Positions 1 through 13,008 of a stretch of 64,000 bases of DNA are shown here, piece after piece. A program made the position numbers and the translations under genes. Location of the stretch: contig OZ024741.1 of the NCBI GenBank assembly GCA_964016885.1, positions 404,116,001 to 404,180,000 on the forward strand. The letters run 5' to 3'. The notes under the pieces were generated by a model. It made no database searches. It was given only the letters and a program-made list of their open reading frames with translations, and was not told the DNA's origin. The stretch's first letter is position 1. The number at the start of each line of letters is the position of its first letter. This stretch comes from Eledone cirrhosa. Lineage: Eukaryota.

Positions 1-54
1 CTACTGATTAGTTTGTTTGTTCAGTTTGTCTGGAGCCTGGAGACACATCAGGCT

Positions 55-531
55 GGTGCTTAGCCCGGTTTCCCTAGCATGAAGTGACTGAGTGTACAAG
101 ACTCCCCACTCGACTAGACGCCAGGTTACCACAGTGTTAAAGTCTGTCTAGTGCCCACAGGGTCATCAGGCTAGTGCTTATCCTGGTTTCCATAGCGTGA
201 AGTGAGAGAAAATACAAGACTCTTCCCTGGACAGGACGCAAGTCGATCACAAAGATAATGTCTGTCGAGAGCACTGAGACTCATCAGTCCAATGCTCATC
301 CCAGTTTCCGTGGCTTGAAGTGACTGAGAGCGCAAGACTACGACCCCCTGGATAGGAGACCAGTCCATTGTAAGGGTAAATCTCTAGTTATTACTGGTAC
401 TTAAGTTCAGCTGAGTATAATGGAGCAATGTAAAATGAAGTGTTTTGCTCAAGAACACAACACAGTCCTGGAATCGAACCCACGACATTATGAGAGTAAA
501 TCCAACTCTCTTACCACTAAGCAACACGCCT
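55..531 (-). mobile_element. tRNA-derived CORE-like SINE with a triplicated 3' module
   Basis: The minus strand reads aggcgtgttgcttagtggtaag (A box), gggttcgattcc (B box), then tgtgttcttgagcaaaacactt (CORE-like). The module gtgctta..ggtttcc..agc.tgaagtga..gag..caagact occurs three times (~55, ~172, ~292). Confidence 0.7.
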
Positions 532-839
532 CTGCGATATTATTCAATTTTGTTCATAGTCCTGTATGTGCAGGGGTGTTGTCGAAAACATTTTAGCCGT
601 GACCAGCCATTCTTTTTGTTTCAGTTCATCCCTTGTATAGAACAAAAATGGTAGGATTTGATTTGTGATATGACTCCTGTCCTTTGTAAGCCAGGAGTCC
701 ACGAGGAAGCTTCCTTGATGTAGGTAAAGGAAATGGCGGAAAATGTAATATTATCATCTCCATGCCTTTTACAAAGGATATATTATCATTTCCATGCCTT
801 TAGCAGAGAGAAGGGTAATAATATTGATTTCAGCTGAAA

Positions 840-1115
840 AGTTCATAGGCTGACTAAGATACTCTCATGGAATGACCAAATGAGGTTTATTCTTCCACAC
901 AGTCCTTGGAAAGAAACAATGCAGCTATTAATAAGAAGAGTTAAAATTAATGCATGCAAGATTTCACAGCCCTAGCATCATTTCTTAAAAGGCTGACCAT
1001 ACAAGATTCCACAGCCCTAGCATCATTCCTTCAAAGACTGACCATACAAGATTTCACAGCTCGAGCAACACTCTTTCAGTGTCAGCATATAAACTCTTTC
1101 AGCCTACCTTTATAT
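840..1115. repeat. Dispersed repeat (family also at 16133-16565) with an internal 45-bp triplication
   Basis: atactctcatggaatgaccaaatgaggtttatt...gaaacaatgc...caagatttcacagc is shared with 16133-16565; att(t/c)cacagc recurs at 961, 1006 and 1051. Confidence 0.75.
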
Positions 1116-1985
1116 GATTAAAATGTCCATGTAATGACTAGTTCTTTATTTTATTGAACCCGGATGAATAGTTGGTATAGTTGATCTCGATGGATTGTTG
1201 ACTTTTGAATGTATAAAAATGGATGGATTACTCATATTAGCATTAGAGATTTTGAGGAAAGGTATAGTTACATCGATTAGAGTAAAATTGTGTTTCTTAT
1301 GAAATACAAAACTCAAATCTGTGTCAAAGACAACTCAGGTTAAGGACTGAAACACTTGCATGAAAAGTGTTCTTTTCTGACAACCTTCTGCTGTCCGACT
1401 CTCCTGAGAGTTTCTTACCACTGTTTAGTTGGTTACCAATTGTTTCTGTTAAAGTAGGAAACTATCAACAAAATAAATATTTCCTATTTACACTAGCCCA
1501 CTAATACATTTAGATGTTTCTATCGCCTCAAATATTCAATTAATTCTTATATATCAATGCCGTAGAGTTTAGAGGTGAAACTGACCAGGCGGGAATTGAT
1601 GCGAAAATATCGGGGAAACAAAACAGAACAAAACATCGAAATATTAAGGAGTGTAATGCAATGGTTCGCTGTAACTACATACTCCAGGATGTTAGATTAT
1701 TAATTCAATAAATCATTTTAGAATTTACATGACAGCTGTCTATTGATATCATTGAGAGAAAGGCGAATGTATTGGGATGTAGTTATTAAAAAGAAAAGAA
1801 ACATGAAGTAAAAAGTTGGATGAATGTTAGAGTACATATGGTTTGTGATTTAAATATTTACTCCTTCACGTTCACACGTTTTTATTTCGTGATCGAAAAC
1901 TAGATATAGCTATTATCTACTTAATAATGATAATGATAATAATACTAATAATAATATACATACATATGCGCATATATATATATAA

Positions 1986-2031
<46 letters not shown>

Positions 2032-2067
2032 TACACAATAATCAAAGCTATGTTCAAATCATTTTAT

Positions 2068-2114
2068 TGCTGACAATCGTTTCTTCCAAACTATCGTTTG
2101 AAATCATCGGAGCA
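2068..2114 (-). ncRNA. Minimal type I hammerhead ribozyme motif (PLE-associated, CCGAUGA core variant)
   Basis: Minus strand: tgct CCGATGA tttcaaac-gata-gtttggaa GAAAC gatt GTC agca. Stems I, II and III all pair; GUC cleavage triplet. Confidence 0.7.
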
Positions 2115-2644
2115 GTAGCCATGTTTGTACATATAATTAACCTCCTATTCAACTGAACAATCATATAGATGCATGGATATTAATGTCAACAACAGTTTCG
2201 TATTTACAGGGTGGAATGGATGTGACATAGATTACAAGAGAATTGTACAATAATTAAAATTACAAATTAAAAATCAAAAATGATAAAGGTACAGAGTGGA
2301 ATACAAGCGACAGAGATTATAAGGGAATAGTATAACAATTAAAGAGGCATTAAGGTAGATAGTTACTCGTAAAACGAAGACACTAGCAGTACATATGCAA
2401 GCGTTAAGAGAGTGCAAATGCATTAGTCATATATAGGAAGAAAACAAGCAATGGTATTAGGCATATATAATTTTTTGCAAGGCAAAGGTATCACATGAAA
2501 TAAGCATATCAGGCAAAGCAAAACATTTCATGTATTTACATTGAGCTAATTTTTCTTACTGACAATAAGGTAGTAATAAATGACTGACCTTTCCTCTTTT
2601 TGGTTGTATATAGTGTATACATAACTATAAATAATATATATATA

Positions 2645-2794
<150 letters not shown>

Positions 2795-2853
2795 TGTGTG
2801 TATTAATATTAACAATATTAATAAATGAAAAATATCTTTATACCTTATTTATG

Positions 2854-2905
2854 TTATTATACGTATTTCAAGGACACAAAAGTTTAGTGTGCTTTCATCA
2901 GATAA
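2854..2905 (-). ncRNA. Minimal type I hammerhead ribozyme motif
   Basis: Minus strand: ttat CTGATGA aagcacac..gtgtcctt GAAAT acgt ATA ataa, with palindromic stem III (tacgta). Same family as 14815 and 48345. Confidence 0.7.
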
Positions 2906-4082
2906 AATATAATATTTGGTGTTAAGATATTGACATACCTTCGCATAGACTTAATAGTATAAGCTCGCTAAAATTGTTAATATTAATAATACTCCGGATA
3001 AATACTGTAGTGTGCTTCAAATCTGTTATAACATTAACTTTGTTGAATGATAATCAACAAATCATATAACTCATTGTTTATGTATATATATAAGTGTGTC
3101 TGTATATATATATATAGTGGTAAACAAAAAATGGAAGGTTCTATTCGTAGTAAGTAGTGGACACAGTTTTCAAGGGGCCAGTTCGGTATAGAGATAGTTC
3201 CACCTCAAATTAGCAACACATACTAGGATTGAAAATCCGTTGGTTGAAAAGCACGTCTTTGAGTATGGTTTGCTAATTTGTTGTGGAACTAACTCTCTCT
3301 CTCTCTTTCTCTCTCCCTCACGGCGAATTAAAATGTATTAGACACATTACAATCGTACTGTAATATGTCTAATAAATTTTAATTCGTTGCACCACTGATT
3401 CTCCGTTTCTGATGATATATATATTCGGATTTCTTTGTTTGTTGCCAATTCTGTGATCAATCCAGCGTTGGCCAGAAAACGATCGAATAAATAGGACAAT
3501 AATGTAATATTAAATTGTTATATATTTCTTTACAGTAATGAACTTGCTATTCAAAGACCTCTTTCGTGTCTTTAATTAAATGTTCAGCTCTGAGCATGAA
3601 ACCATAATGAAAGGAGAGCAATACAAAGCAAGACAACTACAAATATATTGAAGGAACTAAGACTTTATTCGTTGGACAAGGAAAAAAATTAATAGCTATT
3701 AAACAAATTGTATTTAGTTTAATTAACCTGGCTGCATCACGTTGCGGGCAGGAATATAATTTATATAGATGTTTGCCTTCGAGCTATAGCTGTTTCATAC
3801 AGTGAATAATTTAAACATTTTGCTAATTGTTACAATAATCAAACTACTTGTACATTTCAAACTAGACATGGCTGAGTGCTTAAGCAATTTCCTTTACAAT
3901 CACAGTCTTGATAACGACCAGAGTCAGAAACGACGTCGTCAAGAGTTACCAACTCTTAACTTCTGCTGGAATCCGCTAGACGGCGCTACGTCATCAGTTT
4001 CAAAATTCATAGCTAAAGGTTTTCAAAAGGTTTGCAAACATACCGTATATCGATAGATATACAAAATATTCATACTTATACT

Positions 4083-4113
<31 letters not shown>

Positions 4114-4288
4114 AAGGATACTATTTATGGTTATGTATATACTAAAACTTTTTATAGTTATATATATTTTAAACCCTGAACAGTGAAAGACAGTAATTTA
4201 TTACTACCTTATCACCAGTAAGATAAATAGCTCAATGTAATAACATCAGTTGTTCTACAGAGCAGTTATATAAAAATGACAGAATCAA

Positions 4289-4723
4289 TGTTCAAACCAT
4301 TTATTAGCTTACAATTGTTTCGTCCAAACCGAGGTTTGGTGTCTTCGGAGCAATTTTTCAATGATTGTTTACATACATGACCTCCTTTCCAACACAAGTG
4401 ACATACAGATACATATGTATATATTGATGCACAGTGGGGTGACATCCATTATAATATTTTTGCATGGCAATTTAAATTCAAAAATTAAAATCATATTAGA
4501 ACAAAATTAAAGTTAAAATACAACATCGGCAGTTTACGAAATTGCCATGCAAAAATATTTTAATGGATGTCACCCCACTGTGCATCAATATATACATATG
4601 TATCTGTATGTCTCTTGTGTTGGAAAGGAGGTCATGTATGTAAACAATCACTGAAAAATTGCTCCGAAGACTCCAAACCTCGGTTTGGACGAAACAATTG
4701 TAAGCTAATAAATGGTTTGAACA
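4289..4723. mobile_element. PLE-derived foldback: ~185-bp inverted arms, each with a hammerhead motif
   Basis: 4289-4473 is the near-perfect reverse complement of 4539-4723. Hammerhead on + at 4661-4705: gct CCGAAGA ctccaaacc-tc-ggtttggac GAAAC aatt GTA agc; mirror copy on - at 4307-4351. Confidence 0.8.
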
Positions 4724-4743
4724 GAACTTTGATTCATGTGAAT

Positions 4744-4831
<88 letters not shown>

Positions 4832-5251
4832 TATTAAATGTATGTTAGAACCATTAAGGAATTAAACTGATTGTTTCCTAGATCCATAGATTGATTGATT
4901 CATGCCTTGATTCAACGCTACATTGATCGATTGATCGATATATTCATTGACTGGTTCAGTAATATATTTAGATAATAGTTAGAAGGAGCTGAGATATTGT
5001 ATCGATTAATACAACCTTAACCGAAAATTTGATAAATTGGGAAAGAAACGATATCTCTTCTGAGCTGCAAGTCCAATGGTTGCCTCAAATACGACTTTGA
5101 CGTAGTTTCACTATATTTCCTATATTAAGTTTTCTTCAAATAAACAAAATAATGGTTTGTATTGGTATATTTTGAAAGAAACGATTTAACGTCTGAGCTT
5201 CGTCTCCAATGATTGCAGCATCTTGACGTATATTCAATATATTTCGTATGT

Positions 5252-5413
5252 GAAGGCGTCCTTTTACGATCTGAGTTTAAATCCTAACGAGGTTAGCTTT
5301 GCCTTTCATCCATACGCGGTCAATAAATAAAATACCAGTAATGCACTAGGGTCGATTTAATCAACTTTTCCTCCCAAAACATTGTTGGCCTTGTGCCTAA
5401 ATCAAAAGACCAG
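5252..5413 (+). mobile_element. Nin-domain-like tRNA SINE, internally deleted, with a 14-bp target site duplication
   Basis: Contains gagtttaaatcc (B box) and ctttgcctttcatcc...aaataccagt. Flanked by tatatttcgtatgt at 5238-5251 and 5414-5427. Confidence 0.85.
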
Positions 5414-5639
5414 TATATTTCGTATGTTAAGTGTTCTTTCAAATAAACTGAATAACGGTCTGTATGTCTACTTCCCATTTACTCTCTGATAGCGATCTCA
5501 GTTACCTGCATTTTTTTAAGATGTTGATTTTCTATCAAAATTACCAATAATATCATTCACACAAACATCTACACACACGTAGAGACTTACACAGACAAAC
5601 AGATACATATATGATGGCTGTTACTCGATTTTGAGTAAT

Positions 5640-5862
5640 GCTATCACTTGATACTTAAGATGTCAGATATCAAGCGATGCCTCTGCTCGAAGCTGCTTTA
5701 AGTGAGGAAAAGCTTGGAAAGTTTACACGGAGCCAATCCTATTCTCTGAACATGGAATGCATTTAGCTAAAAAGTAGAACTGCTCTACGTAATTGGAGGC
5801 AGACGAATTCGCAGGTTTTATGCCAGAGTAACCTTCTCCTAGAGAGATGTCATAATGAAGAC
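5640..5862 (-). mobile_element. Dispersed repeat resembling an RTE LINE 5' UTR
   Basis: Reverse complement of 20437-20718; contains ctaggagaagg-taactctg, a motif I recall from RTE 5' UTRs (family assignment is inference). Confidence 0.55.
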
Positions 5863-5972
5863 TAGGGGGTCTCTCACTCCACTTGCCCTCCCCCAAAAAG
5901 AGAATGCATATACATACATACATTTATACGTATATGCATATATACATATTAGCTTCGTACAGACGTATAATA

Positions 5973-6008
<36 letters not shown>

Positions 6009-6129
6009 TTATATATATATATAAATGAAAGTATAGAAATTATTGTGAGCGTGAAGCCAACAGTATTTCATAATATATAAGTGACTATAACGTCAAAATG
6101 GAAAAATAGTTAACGTAAGATGTGGGAAA

Positions 6130-6655
6130 ATAATTCAAACTCAATTCAAAAAATTCACAGAATTTTGTGAAATCCAGGGAATAATCAATAGAGCCTTAAT
6201 TCAGAATAAAATAAAGTCTAAATACTCATCCTACAATTAGGAAAAACTACAAATGCTCTGTATAGTCTTAAAAAGACTATTTCACGAAACTTTACACACA
6301 CACATGCCTACGCACGTGCACAAGTATAGCTCTTTTTACAAAACGTTCTTTTTCCATTTCAGGTAGACGCACTCCATCATCCACTTTTCTAAAAAACAAA
6401 TCATACACAAAACGCCAGCACCAACGGTTTCGCAAGAGATGTCAACATGAATGAACCTGTTATTTTTTTCTAAAGACATTTTTTTCCAATTCCAACCCAC
6501 CCGTCCCCTCAATCTAACCTATTTCTCATTCTTTTTTCTGATGAAGGACTATCGTCCGAAAAGTTAAGACCCTCTTCCTGCTATATCAAGCGTTAACCTA
6601 ATGTATCCCTTCCATATGCTGTACCGATTGTGTTGTTATTTCTCTTTACCTTTTA
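6130..6655 (+). mobile_element. Degenerate PLE 3' end with hammerhead motif
   Basis: CTGATGA a ggac-tatc-gtcc GAAA agtt aaga at 6538-6569; upstream ILILQLG resembles a PLE endonuclease C-terminus; ends in (TA)n. Confidence 0.5.
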
Positions 6656-6705
6656 CATATATATATATATATATATTCGGTATATATATATATATATATA
6701 TATAA

Positions 6706-6742
<37 letters not shown>

Positions 6743-6744
<2 letters not shown>

Positions 6745-6990
6745 AGGGCGGGTAAAATTCCCGAGATCCATGGACGAGTTCTCTCCAGCGGTCTCTGTCC
6801 CTCATTATCGCTGCCATGTCCTGCGTCTCCAACAGACTAGTGTCTGTCCTTAGGGCATCAACATACGTTAACCTTGGTCTTCCTCTTCCAGTGTGTCCAT
6901 GTAGGGGCTCCCACAGGAGCACTGAGTGCAATGTCAACTCTGGATGTCGGTGAGCATGTCCAGCTAACCTCAGTCTCATCTGTGTCATTT
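6743..6990 (-). mobile_element. RTE-type LINE 3' fragment
   Basis: Encodes RLRLAGHAHRH...LLWEP..GRGRPRLTY..D...MRDRDRWR, typical of RTE ORF C-termini; close paralog at 7499-7745. Confidence 0.85.
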
Positions 6991-7498
6991 TATTATCTGT
7001 ATATATGCATGGATGTATACAGGTAAAATAATAAAGATAGAAGATATGCCTAATCTTTTATATATGCAGGTTTTCATGTCTCTTTCAAACGAAATAGGTT
7101 CATACAAAATATATTATATGTATATATTTAAAGATATAAGTAGGTAATCACAAATTTCATGATTATCTAATTAGATTTTGCTCTAACTGGTTTCACATTA
7201 GGTTTCATTTTGATCTATGTTTGTATTGGAAATATTTTTTTCTCTATAAGCTCTGTTGATTTATATCATCCATCTATTGTTATTTCTCGATACACAAAGA
7301 GCTGGTTTCGTAGTTTCGGATTTTTGTTAACTCTGATTTTCGCTAGGAAACACACCGTTGATTGCATTGACAGCGAAGGTCATGCACCCAGCGATGTGTC
7401 AACATCTCCATTTCACCTACTTTAGCTCGCCAGCCATAGCAGTCTACAAATGTGTTGCATTAGGAGCCCGACGGGGGAGGTTTAAGGGAGGGATCTAT

Positions 7499-8225
7499 CT
7501 AGGTCAGGTAAAATTCCCGAGATCCATGGACGAGTTCTCTCCAGCGGTCTCTGTCCCTCATTATCGTTGCCATGTCCTGCGTCTCCAAGAGACCAGTGTC
7601 TGTCCTTAGGGCATCAACATATGTTAACCTCGGTCTTCCTCTTCCAGTGTGTCCATGCAGGGGCTCCCACAGGAGCACTGAGTGCAGTGTCAACTCTGGA
7701 TGTCGGTGAGCATCTCCAGCTAAGCCCAGTCTCCTCTGTGTCACATTCGAGCTGACTTTTGGGAGGCTCCCATACAGCTCTGAGTTCTTCATCCTCAGAG
7801 TATACTGATTAATGTTCAGAGCCATCCTCAGCATTCTCGTGAAGCACCACCATCTGAGTGAGTTTCTTGGTCAGTGTCCAAGTCTCAGAACCGTACAGCA
7901 GCACAGACACCACTACAGCAACGAAGAGACGGATCTTCAGGTCTTCACGAAGGTCCGATTTCCACACCGATCACAAGCTGTGGCACGCCGCCCAGGCTTT
8001 GCTCTTCCTCTCGACCAAATCGATGTGTTTGGGCCTGAGAATGAATGAGATTAGGACGAAGTATCTGGTAGAGAATATTAAGAAGACAGTGAAATTACTA
8101 ATGTAGGCGGGAAGCCGCTAGAATTGGTTGACGACTTCCTGTATTTGGGAACAAAGATTGGGAATACGGAAGAAGATGTGGTTGAGAGGAAGAGCAAAGC
8201 CTCGGGGGCGTGCCACAGCTTGAAA
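7499..8225 (-). mobile_element. RTE-type LINE fragment with an inverted 5' piece
   Basis: Minus 7499-8020 encodes KIRLF..VSVLLYGSETWTLTK...GRGRP...DRDRWR with stops and frameshifts. Plus 8030-8225 encodes the upstream RT segment GLRMN..TKY..LELVDDFLYLG..RKSKA. Confidence 0.85.
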
Positions 8226-10065
8226 AGCGAGGGATGATAACCCTTAATACAGCCCATTCTCAAGGAAGGCATCTGTCAAACATTAAAGGTACTACCAGTA
8301 CAGAGAGCCCCTTTCGCCCTGGTCTTGAGATAACGTGCCTCAAACCCCTTCTCTCTATTAAACACAATACACAACGCTATGTCCACTTTTGAAATAATAT
8401 TTCTTTAAATCATTCACTCTACGTTTCAAGCCATATACAATAGTGATGTTAAAGAGAATAAAATATTTAGCCTACAATACAAGGGAATCTCTTATTGTCA
8501 GAAACTATTTAAAATCTGCTAAAAATAATCATTACTGATGGTCAAATGAAACATGCTATCAATGTAAGTCTTAAACAAGTTATTCAGGTATAGTAAAAAC
8601 GAAAGCAAGAACAAGAACAAAAATGACAATCAATATTTTCATTGAAGCATTTAATTAGTTTACCTAAACTTAGTCTAAATTCCTTAATCTCGCAGACAAT
8701 ATTTCACCACAGTTTTATTGCTCTCTAGATCTCAATTTTATCTTCATCAATTATCCATCGAGGTTATTTCATGCATGGTATAGTGTAGATGTTGGAGCTA
8801 ATTAGCTGGTCTTTCTGCATGATGGACGACAATCTAGAAAATTCCATGATTGTTCTTACATGTACAGTCATGTTCGTGTTGTCATACTGGATGTTGGTTT
8901 ACGTCTACACTTAAAGTAAATTTACTCCAATGGTCTTGCATACATTTCCGTCCACTAAATTCCACTGACAACCATTTGATTCAGCCAAGGATATGATATA
9001 ATAAACTTTATCTATGTGCCTTGATACTACCAGTTACCATAAACATGTGAAGCGAATTTCCAAACAATTTGTATGGATGTATGGACCCGTATTTCATGAT
9101 GGAGATGTAATGGCTTCGTCGGGGCATACGACGTGTCTTCGAAGATTTAAAGTGGTGAAGCCCATTCCCTCTCTCGGTCTAAACACAACTGATGTTTTCC
9201 AATGGAGGGGAGAGAGAGGGAAAAGGTGATAGGGAGGAAATTAGAAACAGATATAAAGGAGGAATCAAGTTTGGTACTGGATTTGTACTTTTTATTAATC
9301 GACCACGAATGGACAAAACGACAACATAATAGAGCAGTACACCCCCTCTATAAAACCTATCAAACAAAAATTAACAAAAAAATAAACAATTAATGTAATA
9401 AACATGACGAGCTAATGGATGAAATGTCTATAGGAATTAGTTCCAAAAACGTAAATAATTTGATACAGATCATCAAATATAATAGTACCGCATGAATGAA
9501 TATACTCTGGTATTTTAATGTATAAATCATTAAATGTATTTTCGCCTACACAGCAGTTTGATTATCATGCCGATGGCTTCACATTCAGATATATTTTGTC
9601 AATATTTATTTTACTTAGCGTTAACAATCCTGCTATTTATTACACATATTTCGTTGCTTTGCTAATTATTTACAAAGGAATCATTGGACTGTTTTAATCA
9701 GTTAAAAAGCTTTCCCTTGCAAATCAATAGCAATGGTTTTCAGCATTGATTTACTTATCGATATATAAGTCTGGTGGCCGTCAGAAATTAGGTGGGAAGT
9801 TCTGTACCTTCTAGTGGAATATCAAAGGTTTATAGAATGTCTGATATAGATTGAAGAAGCTAGTTCGGATTAGATTATGCGGGTATCGACCGACTGCATA
9901 TCTTTAAATAAACAATGTACAAGAATTGACTATATATCGTTTATATTCCCCCACATACACTCACAAACACACACCCATAGGCACATACGTACATGTACGC
10001 ACATATACACAAACGCACACAACCCCCCAAAAGAAACACACACACACACACACGCACACACACAC

Positions 10066-10170
<105 letters not shown>

Positions 10171-10250
10171 CACATAGATAGTTCTCCCGGGTTCAATCGG
10201 GGGTAACCACAGTAAGTAAGGTACTCAATACAAAGTAGAGTATATATAAT

Positions 10251-10360
10251 TAATATAGAAAAGCTTCTACAGGACTATTATCCGTGAGAAATCATCAGTC
10301 AGCTTCCTGATGATTTCTCACGAATGAAACAGTTCTAGTCCTGTAGCAGCTTTTCTATAT

Positions 10361-10362
<2 letters not shown>
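10251..10362. mobile_element. Short PLE-type foldback with partial hammerhead
   Basis: taatatagaaaagct..ctacaggacta..gtgagaaatcatcag is inverted to ctgatgatttctcac..gaaac..tagtcctgtag..agcttttctatatta. Related fragment at ~48555-48597. Confidence 0.65.
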
Positions 10363-10396
<34 letters not shown>

Positions 10397-10397
<1 letters not shown>

Positions 10398-10579
10398 CGA
10401 AGGAAAAGTGGTAAGGAACCAGGTGGACCATAACGCACCAAAGTACTCAATACTTGAGGTAGTAGTGTGGGTAATAGGAACCAGTAAGACCCCGACAGCT
10501 GAGCTCAAGCCGTTTCGACGGCTAATTCAGAATTAGCCGTCGAAACGGCTTGAGCTCAGCTGTCGGGGTCTTACTGGTT

Positions 10580-10583
<4 letters not shown>
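10397..10583 (-). mobile_element. Hairpin-plus-tail element in (TA)n (family A, PLE 3' end)
   Basis: An ~80-bp tail is followed by the palindrome taggaaccagtaagaccccgacagctgagctcaagccgtttcgacggctaattc-a-gaattagccg...ggttccta; (TA)n on both sides. Confidence 0.8.
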
Positions 10584-10632
<49 letters not shown>

Positions 10633-11219
10633 CATCATCACATACCAACCCGACTCACCATTTATAGCCATTGGTAAACAGCCTAACATAAATGGTATAT
10701 ATATATAAAAAGAGCGCTGTGCTCATGTGCAGATATACTATAAAATAGCTTATAAAATAGCATAAAAGCCCATAAATGCAGAAACAATGGTGTGTGTGTA
10801 TGTGTACATATGTCCTTGTGTGTGTGTGTGTGTCTGTATATCTGTGTGTTTCTACGTACGGCGTGTGTGATGTTTTATCGTTACTTCTATTATTCTATGT
10901 TTCATTTTCATATTTTAGTATATAAGGTCCTAACACTTTATCTCCAGAAGAGCAAAGATGAGATATTTATCATCGCCATATCTACAGGATGGAGTTGTTG
11001 ATATTGTCTTATGTTGCTTTCGTTTTATTGTAGATAACGCCAATGTGATGAATGTTGACTTTACCAACGGAATTTCCAAAGTTCAGAAACACATGATTCT
11101 AAATAAACAACCAACTTCCTCCGGATATTGACAATAGGAATTGTAGAAATAAGGTAAATAATGGATTTAGAAATTTTACTTTACGATATACTGCAAGAAA
11201 CTGATACAAAAACTTTATA

Positions 11220-11346
<127 letters not shown>

Positions 11347-11383
11347 TAAGTTTGAAGGCTAAATATATCCAATTGTTCTTCTC

Positions 11384-11595
11384 CTTAGTCCGTAGAAATT
11401 AACCAGATAAATAATCATTTAAACGGAGCTAAGTTTAAAATGTAACTTTGAAGAAATAACAGATAAATGTTACAAACTTTCTTCTGTGAGGAACAGTCAG
11501 ATAAAATTTACCTAATCTTTCCTCTTAGTCCATAGAAATTAACCTGACAAATAATCAATTAAACGGAGGTAAGTTAAAAATGTTAATTTGAAGAA
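11384..11595. repeat. Local tandem duplication of a ~70-bp segment
   Basis: cttagtcc.tagaaattaacc.ga.aaataatca.ttaaacggag.taagtt at ~11384 and ~11524. Confidence 0.75.
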
Positions 11596-11619
11596 AAAAT
11601 GCATATAAACTTTACCATA

Positions 11620-11651
<32 letters not shown>

Positions 11652-12375
11652 CTTCGTTTTTGCATTTGTTTTGCAAGATTTCTTATCTGAAAACGTGTGT
11701 TCAGACAGATATCGTTATAATTTGGGAGGGTCATGCTGCCAATGAAAACACACGCACCTGTTGGTTTTCACTTCAATTTGTTATAAATTTCCGTTCTCCA
11801 CCAACATACCAAAATAGAACATACTGGCACATTAGAGAGCATAGAGATAAAAATTATATCCACACACAGAAAAGATGCAATGCTCAGAAAAAATCACAGA
11901 AGCGACAAACATAAACGAACTCTAACCAAAATTAAACAGAAAACATGAGTGGAATAACATCATAACTAGTAATTAAGGACAAAATGAAGACATACAGACA
12001 CACACAAAAACAAACCAATAAAGCAAATCAGAAACACACAGATAGAACCAACTAGTGACAAGTTAATAAACACACAAATAAATAAATAAAAACACACACA
12101 TACATAACTGGATGTAGCGCATGTGCAAACTAAGCACACAACACACAACACACGAAAACAAGAGGGTGTAGGACAGAACAAAGGAGGAAGACAAGATAAA
12201 AACCTAGGCACTGAAGAGGTCACAGAGTGTGTGACGAAAGAACTTTGACAATATATAAACTACGATCCGGTTATCGAACCAACCAACCAGCCGTAAATTT
12301 ATAATAAATTGAAGTGAAAACCAACAGGTGCATGTGTTTTTATTGGCAGCATGACCCTCCCAAAGTGTAACAATA
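11652..12375. mobile_element. PLE remnant bounded by ~80-bp inverted repeats, with a degenerate hammerhead
   Basis: 11710-11790 is inverted to 12295-12375. ggca CTGAAGA g gtcaca-gagtg-tgtgac GAAAgaacttt gac at 12207-12249. (TA)n on both flanks. Confidence 0.65.
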
Positions 12376-12625
12376 TATATATATATATAAACTGCTACTA
12401 TAGTTCATAGCAATAGTTCGGCTACTGTCTTCTTAACATCCCACTCCTCCCTGATTAACCTCGATGTCACGTGATTGATTCTTTTGAATTTGCCACCGAC
12501 CAAGTAGGCAGTGATTTTTTCAATGTCTTGGAATTTAGTCCTCGCTTGCTTTTTTCCATCCACTGAATTATTTTTGTATAAGTTCCCTGTGCCCACGCAT
12601 TGCCTGGGAACTTAGCTGAGAATTG

Positions 12626-12709
12626 ACTTCCTGATGACGAAAGGTATTCTCCATGTTGTTCTATTCGGAAACCATGTTTATTCCCTTTCAGAAACTAATT
12701 AGTTAGAGT
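12626..12709 (+). ncRNA. Hammerhead-like motif with extended stem II
   Basis: CTGATGA c gaaagg...cctttc a GAAAC taatta GTT agagt; palindromic stem III, imperfect stem I. Confidence 0.5.
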
Positions 12710-12876
12710 AAAATTTTAGTAAGTAAGTTAATTTTTATAATTTTCTTATTTTACGTCTTTCATATAATTGTTCTGCATCCCCTTGCATTGAACCACAACG
12801 TTACTAAGACAAAACCTATATATTTGCTAGCATAGGTATGCATCTGTATATATATGTTGGTAGATATACTAATTCT

Positions 12877-13008
<132 letters not shown>

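Noticed and set aside
840-1060. Hammerhead in the 145-bp repeat (ctgac..gaaac)
   Set aside because: The CUGANGA core is incomplete and the stems cannot be assigned.
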